Virus record (IMG/VR): IMGVR_UViG_3300024312_000003
Span: 96,001 to 160,000 of that record
Strand: one strand, 5' to 3'
Origin: a virus
Length of the DNA stretch: 64,000 nucleotides
In this document: positions 58,609-64,000 of the stretch, piece by piece
How the letters are laid out: every line of letters begins with the position of its first letter
How positions within the stretch are numbered: the first letter of the stretch is position 1
The notes under the pieces: generated by a model
What the model was told of the DNA's origin: nothing
Databases searched by the model: none
Seen by the model: only the letters and a program-made list of their open reading frames with translations
Made by a program: the position numbers and the translations under genes

Positions 58609-58908
58609 TCAAACCGCCGCAGCCGGAAACTTAATCGCTGGATGAGATTCGTAATTTTCAATCTTGATATCTTCGATTTTAAAATCTTCGATATTTTTGA
58701 TATCCGGGTTAAGAACCAATGTTGGCAGAGGCTTAGGCTCTCTCTCAACTTGTTCGACAATAAGATCAATTTGATTTTTGTAGATGTGGGTATTTCCACC
58801 CGTCCAAATAAAATCACCAACTTTCGTATTAGTGACCTGAGCAACCATATGCGTGAGAATAGCATAACTTGCAATGTTAAAAGGAACGCCCAAAGGAACG
58901 TCGGCTGA
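58609..58908 (-). CDS. thyA: Thymidylate synthase exon 2
   Basis: SADVPLGVPFNIASY...GGNTHIYKNQ...YESHPAIKFPAAAV. Confidence 0.92.
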   Translation of the reverse strand, partial: SADVPLGVPFNIASYAILTHMVAQVTNTKVGDFIWTGGNTHIYKNQIDLIVEQVEREPKPLPTLVLNPDIKNIEDFKIEDIKIENYESHPAIKFPAAAV

Positions 58909-59245
58909 TGTTGAGTTCAATATGGTTCGTTAATCCATACCCGCACCATGACGTGCAGCTGCATGTTTCCATGCATGACCAGACTATATCATCTTTCCTA
59001 TTTGGAAAGCTTTCTGTTTCGAACCACTTGGTTCTACTCTACTTACTTCCAGCGTTTGCTGTGTTTTCGATAGTCGTTGAACGTGCCTCCAATCATTGGA
59101 GGATTCGCTGCTGGTTGTCCAATCCATCTCGTTTTCAAACCATGGCTTTGCTTTGCAGCTCGCAGTGGTGAAATGGCTCTAAGGAGTTTCTAGCAATTAA
59201 GAAAGTTTTCTAATGAGATTACTCTCAAAAGGCGCTCAGTAATTA
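58909..59245 (-). mobile_element. Group I intron (337 nt, no ORF) in thyA
   Basis: Splits YQR|SADV; starts UAAUU after exon U; P AAUUGCUAGAAA, Q CCAGCAGCGAA, R GUUCAACGACUAU, S AAGAUGAUAUAGUC; P9 UGCAUG-GAAA-CAUGCA; P10 CUGA/UCAG. Confidence 0.92.
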
Positions 59246-60196
59246 ACGCTGATACAGAAGGCATGAAAGTCTACCACTAGGAATTCCAATTTCCTTAGCA
59301 ATCTTAGCAGCGATTTTGAAACCACTCTCTCCAGATTCTACAGCTTGAGTAATTTCGATTATTCGAGACTCATGACCAGCAGTAATGATATCTGCGGTGA
59401 TTTCTTCCAAAGGAATTGGTTCCACGTCAAACTGGAACAAGCAATGACATGCTGCCAAAGCCATTTTACCTTGAATAACATTATCTTGAGGACTAATGGT
59501 TTCGTCAGGCAGATCGGCAGGATTCCAGGCAGTAACAATGATGCGTCTAGAATAAGGACGATTCTTAATCGTATCAATTGCTTCTTGAAGCTGATCGATA
59601 ACTAGACCTGATGGAGTTTTCCAATTGCGCCATTGTGCACCATATACTGGACCGAGATCACCGGATTTAGCAATCGTATATTCAACAAATGGATTAACAC
59701 CACCGTCAAGTAGAAACTTCATGGTTCCTTTAGTAAAACCATTCTTAAGTCCATCTTGCATGTATTCGTTTACTTTGGTACGAATAACATCTAGTGGTTC
59801 TCCGATATTGTAAATACCAGATTCGATATCTGCTTTTTTCAGATAACCAATTACCTGTTCCTCATGCAGATTATGAGCTTTAGAATATTCTGAGATCAAT
59901 TCATTAAAAGGACGAATTCTTTTAATGACAGCGTCTTCTTTAAGAGCCCAGCTGTCCCAGATGTGTACGTCTTTTTCAAGAAGATAATTGATGTTGGTAT
60001 CACCTTTGATGAACCAAATCAGCTCTTCAATGATTCCTCTGGTAAATACCTTCTTAGTCGTCAAAAGAGGAAAACCTTCTCGGAGATTAAAACGCATCAT
60101 TGCACCAAAAATAGCAATCGTTCCAGTGTTGGTTCGATCGTCTCTCTCAGTGCCGTTTTCCAAAATATTCTTAACAAGATCTGTGTATTGTTTCAT
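59246..60196 (-). CDS. thyA: Thymidylate synthase exon 1
   Basis: DRTNTGT, GFPLLTTKKV, ELIWFIKG, LGPVYGAQWR, SRRIIVTAWNP, LAACHCLFQF, LYQR. Confidence 0.95.
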
Positions 60197-60207
60197 TTTA
60201 GTTTCCT

Positions 60208-60873
60208 TTAAAAATTGTTGATTTTCTGAAGAGCTTGAATAATCTTTAGACTTGTTTCTAAAGCCAGCAAATCTGATTCCTCAAATGTCACCTCATTGTT
60301 AATTTCTTCAATAACCAAATCAAATTCAGTCATATTCTCAAGATGATGGTTTCTACATTCTTGAAATTGATTAGCTACTAGGTGATGGTGTGCCTCAGGT
60401 TTATGATCAAAAAAATCAAACTTACCACGAGATTCCAGTCTCTGTAGGGAAACCCCTACAGAGACTGTGATGTAATAACGCATTTTGTAGAATTGCTCAC
60501 CATTCAAGATGTAGTCTTGAATGTGATTTACCAATTTCTTATCGAAGTCAGTTTTACCCTGAATAGCGTATGCTGAATCCATATATCGATCCAACAAAAT
60601 TACTTTTCCAGTTTTTAACTGAGGTACTAGAATTTTCTTGGTAAATTCAGCGTGGGATGATAACATACCCAATAGCATTGCCTCATTGCTTGGTTCCTCA
60701 CCGCTTTGAAACAACGCTGTTCTTGCCATTTCGCCGTAAGGAGTACCTCCAGGCGCCCGATATGACTCACAATCCACGCCCGCCTTTATCAGACACTCTT
60801 TAACTTTTTTGACAAATGTGGTTTTGCCACTTCCGTCAATACCTTCAAAAATGACAGCAATTCCTTTACTCAT
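60208..60873 (-). CDS. tmk: Thymidylate kinase
   Basis: FEGIDGSGKTT, RAPGGT, LLDRYMDSAYAIQG. Confidence 0.92.
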   Translation of the reverse strand: MSKGIAVIFEGIDGSGKTTFVKKVKECLIKAGVDCESYRAPGGTPYGEMARTALFQSGEEPSNEAMLLGMLSSHAEFTKKILVPQLKTGKVILLDRYMDSAYAIQGKTDFDKKLVNHIQDYILNGEQFYKMRYYITVSVGVSLQRLESRGKFDFFDHKPEAHHHLVANQFQECRNHHLENMTEFDLVIEEINNEVTFEESDLLALETSLKIIQALQKINNF

Positions 60874-61232
60874 TGCGCTTCCATATTCTCAAGAGTAGAT
60901 CGATAAGTATCGGGTTGGAATACCCGATACCCGTTCTTGGTTTTGATCTTCAGAGAAACAGGAACCATACCTTCACCGATCTTTGCGATTTGTCGAAATA
61001 CGCGACGGTGGGTAAACCAGTTCATACCTTTTTCGATAAGGAAGGGTTTGTTGATCCAAACATTTCGATTGACAGTGGCTGTCAACTTTCCTTCTGAATC
61101 CAAGACTTGAAAACTAACGACTCCGTCGGGAGGTTTGTTACTGTTTCGGACATCAGGTCGATCACTGATATTTACTGGACGTTCTTGAATATGCATGGTT
61201 ATATATCCTTGCTTTTCTTGAAGACGCTCCAA
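60870..61232 (-). CDS. Hypothetical protein
   Basis: Overlaps the tmk start by 4 nt; biased codon usage. Confidence 0.55.
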   Translation of the reverse strand: MERLQEKQGYITMHIQERPVNISDRPDVRNSNKPPDGVVSFQVLDSEGKLTATVNRNVWINKPFLIEKGMNWFTHRRVFRQIAKIGEGMVPVSLKIKTKNGYRVFQPDTYRSTLENMEAQ

Positions 61233-61423
61233 TAAGTTGGGTATCTGAATAAAAATAAACAGATACCCAACTTATCACAGGTCTTCCAAACAAATGTTCT
61301 GTCATTTGCTTGTTGAAATTAAAATGGTTTAAAAAAGATAGAGCATAAATGGAGAGATTTCTCTCTCCATTTAAAACTCAGTTAGTGAGTAGAATTCCTG
61401 TTGATCCTCCGTAAGGAATGATT

Positions 61424-62494
61424 TTAAATCCGGTAATGTTTGTCGATGAAACCCAAATCGACGTTGCCGACCAGCATCCAGTTGATCCAAATCTTCTTAT
61501 CAGCATCAATAACGCGCCAATGCCCTCGCCTCCAATGCAGTCTGGGTGACTTGCGTTCACCAGAAGCAATGGCTTCGGAATTACTCTTCTTATCCTTGAA
61601 CTGTTGGGCCAAGTCAACGATGTGGTAATTCTTCAAGGGAGTTTTACCTGCCTTGATTCGCTTCTTGTTGATCTGAGAACCAGCGGTGATCTTGACGGAT
61701 TCGGCAATCTTTGCATCCAGAGCAATACAGATAGCCAAAGCCTGACGTTCGGCCAATGCGATCGCCTTTTGCATCATCTCGTCTCGATTGTTCAGTCTGA
61801 ACCATTTGTCTTTCTCAAACTCAACAAAATGCGTGAATTCGATTTCATGACAAACACCTTCTTCCTGTTCTTGGCTGGCGAGTGTTGTAACGCTTTTGCC
61901 ATGCATGCGGAATTCAAAAACAGTGATCGGGTACGGAAGACGAACATCGCTTGTGAGATACTGGAGCATGTTACCCAAGGCATTGTACCAATCGTGTTTG
62001 ACGACAATGGTATTGCTGTGCCTGATCATCCTTTCCAAAAGATCCAGATTGGAGTATCGATCAGCGTCGCTAACTTTGGAGAAATCCGGAGCAAGGGGAT
62101 AAAGCCCCTTGTGAATGATTCGAGATTCCTTTTGATTGATCACGACTTCAGAAAGCTTGTGACTGCGAGTGTGCTCGTTCGATTCGATTTGCTCAAACGC
62201 ATTTGCTTTCATCCAATTGTCCAGAATTTGCACAGATCGTGCATCTTCCATACGACACTCCAGAATCATCTTGTGGTACTGAAGCAAAACAAAGAACTGA
62301 CGAGAATATTCATCCCCCAATTGCGTCTTGACTTCATTGACGACCTTAGACTGATACTTCTTAAAGTCTTGACCTTTCTCGTAGTACTTACCAAACAGCT
62401 GAGCGAGCTTTGCAGTCAGAATGGGGTTCGTGCCGACATTGATGCATTCGTCAACAGTTGTTTTAATTTCTAGAATTTCTTGTTGAGTAAACAT
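61424..62494 (-). CDS. Hypothetical phage protein with RKSPRLHWRRGHWR C-terminal motif
   Basis: 356 aa; motif recurs in phage proteins of unknown function. Confidence 0.75.
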   Translation of the reverse strand: MFTQQEILEIKTTVDECINVGTNPILTAKLAQLFGKYYEKGQDFKKYQSKVVNEVKTQLGDEYSRQFFVLLQYHKMILECRMEDARSVQILDNWMKANAFEQIESNEHTRSHKLSEVVINQKESRIIHKGLYPLAPDFSKVSDADRYSNLDLLERMIRHSNTIVVKHDWYNALGNMLQYLTSDVRLPYPITVFEFRMHGKSVTTLASQEQEEGVCHEIEFTHFVEFEKDKWFRLNNRDEMMQKAIALAERQALAICIALDAKIAESVKITAGSQINKKRIKAGKTPLKNYHIVDLAQQFKDKKSNSEAIASGERKSPRLHWRRGHWRVIDADKKIWINWMLVGNVDLGFIDKHYRI

Positions 62495-62573
62495 GATTGC
62501 GAGCTTGAAAGAAAAAAATGAGTAGTGAACATAAATGAGAGGGTTTAAACCCTCTCATTTATAATCGAATTGA

Positions 62574-62858
62574 TCACGATTGAAGGCGCTTGAGTCCGAA
62601 TTGGACAGGCTTGTACAGAAGGACAAGCGATGTTGCAAAAGACAGAACCCCGGCGATGCCGCCGAGCTTGTCCATGGTGAAAACGCTCACGTTGGCCGCC
62701 ACGATGAATGCAGCAATGATGACTGTCCAACCGGAAAAGAACTTGAAGAGTTCCATGTTAGTGTTGTCATTCATGATTTTCTTGCATTGGAGGTTGGAGT
62801 TTACTGCATTCGGGTTGTAATGCGAACGGCCAATTTGATTAGACACAGACTTCTTCAT
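62574..62858 (-). CDS. Small two-TM protein
   Basis: Hydrophobic segments; start could be the ATG at 62774. Confidence 0.6.
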   Translation of the reverse strand: MKKSVSNQIGRSHYNPNAVNSNLQCKKIMNDNTNMELFKFFSGWTVIIAAFIVAANVSVFTMDKLGGIAGVLSFATSLVLLYKPVQFGLKRLQS

Positions 62859-62859
62859 T

Positions 62860-63087
62860 TTAAAAGCTCCTAAGGTCGAGTTCTTCGGAAAAGCACTGAA
62901 TCAACTTATAGAGACAGTACATGAAAAGGACAACCGCGAAACCAAGCAATGCCAACGTGGCCAGCGCACCAATGGCAAGCATGATTTCATAAATTATCAA
63001 CAGGATGAAACCGACAATCATCTTGACAACTGGCCAGATGATGATTGCAAGGATACCCAGGGCAATGAGTGTTGTGATTTCTTCCAT
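62860..63087 (-). CDS. Small membrane protein
   Basis: Highly hydrophobic 75 aa. Confidence 0.6.
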   Translation of the reverse strand: MEEITTLIALGILAIIIWPVVKMIVGFILLIIYEIMLAIGALATLALLGFAVVLFMYCLYKLIQCFSEELDLRSF

Positions 63088-63088
63088 A

Positions 63089-63364
63089 TTAAAAAATGGA
63101 GATGAGGTCAGAGATCAAATTCTTGATCTTCTTTTGAACAGGAACAATCCAATTCCTGTTCATGTGGTCGTAACCATTGTAAACGCAGATGCCGTAAATG
63201 GAGGCGACTACGGTGGTGACTTCAGAGCCGAGATTGGTCTGACTCACTCCCTCGATCACAACAGGGACTGAAGTCAGGTAGAGGCTGTAAAAGAAACCAT
63301 AGGCGAGGACCTTCGAAACGATTTCCGAGGTCGATTGATTCTGAATGCTGAAAGCGGTGTTCAT
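63089..63364 (-). CDS. Small membrane protein
   Basis: RBS GAGGA, hydrophobic segments. Confidence 0.65.
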   Translation of the reverse strand: MNTAFSIQNQSTSEIVSKVLAYGFFYSLYLTSVPVVIEGVSQTNLGSEVTTVVASIYGICVYNGYDHMNRNWIVPVQKKIKNLISDLISIF

Positions 63365-63496
63365 GATTGTTTATCCTCTGTGATTTGTTAGATGGTGAAC
63401 CTTCTTCATACTGAAAGGTCCGTTATAAATTATTATTTTAACGATTAGAAAAAAGGGGGAGTGGCGACCACTCCCCCTCGACGCCTAATTTATTGC

Positions 63497-64000
63497 TTAG
63501 GCGGCAGCACCTGCAGCGTCACCCAGGTCAGGACCAGTAGTGGGTTGTTGCTGTTCAGCAGATTGTTGTTCTGCTGCGGTTTGAGTCTCACCGGCCTTTT
63601 CTTCGAACTTGTTCTTGCGATTCATCAGAACGTAGAAGAAGTTGTTCACACCAGCCATGCCCTTGAGGACCTTGTTGGTCAGCCAGCCCGTGAAGCGCAT
63701 CAGTTGGGGGACGATCCACTTCATGAAAGCAAACATGAAGCCTGCAAGCATGAGAATCATAGCGATGGCTGCCAGGATCGGGTAGCCGGCGGCGACGATC
63801 AAATTGGCGATCAGACCAATCAGATAACCGACGGCGAAACCGGTCGAGAAAGCCAGCAGGAAAAGCAGTGCGTAGAAAACTCCTTCTGCCAAGTTGGCGA
63901 CAGTCTTCTCGCCACGACCGTAGAAAATGGCTGCCTTAGTTTCAGCACCCATCTCATTCATGGCAATCAGATGCTCGCGATCAGTGATGATTTCTTCACC
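63497..64000 (-). CDS. Membrane protein, 5' end beyond the window
   Basis: The frame stays open to base 64000 (GEEIITDREHLIA precedes the tracked M); two TM segments; terminator at about 63455-63480. Confidence 0.7.
   Translation of the reverse strand, partial: GEEIITDREHLIAMNEMGAETKAAIFYGRGEKTVANLAEGVFYALLFLLAFSTGFAVGYLIGLIANLIVAAGYPILAAIAMILMLAGFMFAFMKWIVPQLMRFTGWLTNKVLKGMAGVNNFFYVLMNRKNKFEEKAGETQTAAEQQSAEQQQPTTGPDLGDAAGAAA

Noticed and set aside
61604-62473. 289-aa plus-strand ORF
   Set aside because: Antisense shadow of 61424..62494, explained by that gene's codon bias; no RBS or recognisable motif.

Overview
A 64-kb segment of an AT-rich jumbo bacteriophage genome, probably phiKZ-like. 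That assignment is inferred from phiKZ-type virion proteins, a SNF2/SF2 helicase, TATTAC-type promoter motifs and palindromic terminators; a betaproteobacterial host is only weakly suggested. Almost all genes are on the minus strand. From left to right: tRNA-Leu and a CRP/FNR-family regulator; three giant paralogous Ig-like/beta-helix fibre proteins; a roughly 30-kb accessory region of small ORFs with seven further tRNAs, a TilS-like protein, a cyclophilin, a phosphoesterase, an AAA ATPase, two HNH endonucleases and a TAXI-family binding protein; a collagen-like fibre cluster; and a nucleotide-metabolism block (nrdB, nrdA, helicase, folA, thyA, tmk). The most striking content is RNA that the ORF track misses: (1) a circularly permuted two-piece tmRNA (tag ANDSTFAQRLAA) that appears to keep four pseudoknots, directly behind an HNH gene; (2) four ORF-poor, hairpin-dense segments that look like ncRNAs (about 850 nt and possibly ROOL-like, about 520 nt, about 310 nt, about 190 nt); (3) a tRNA-Thr gene split by a cassette carrying an HNH nuclease and a divergent replacement tRNA-Thr; (4) an ORF-less group I intron in thyA whose predicted terminal nucleotide is A instead of the canonical G. 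All structures were read by eye; no searches or folding programs were run.
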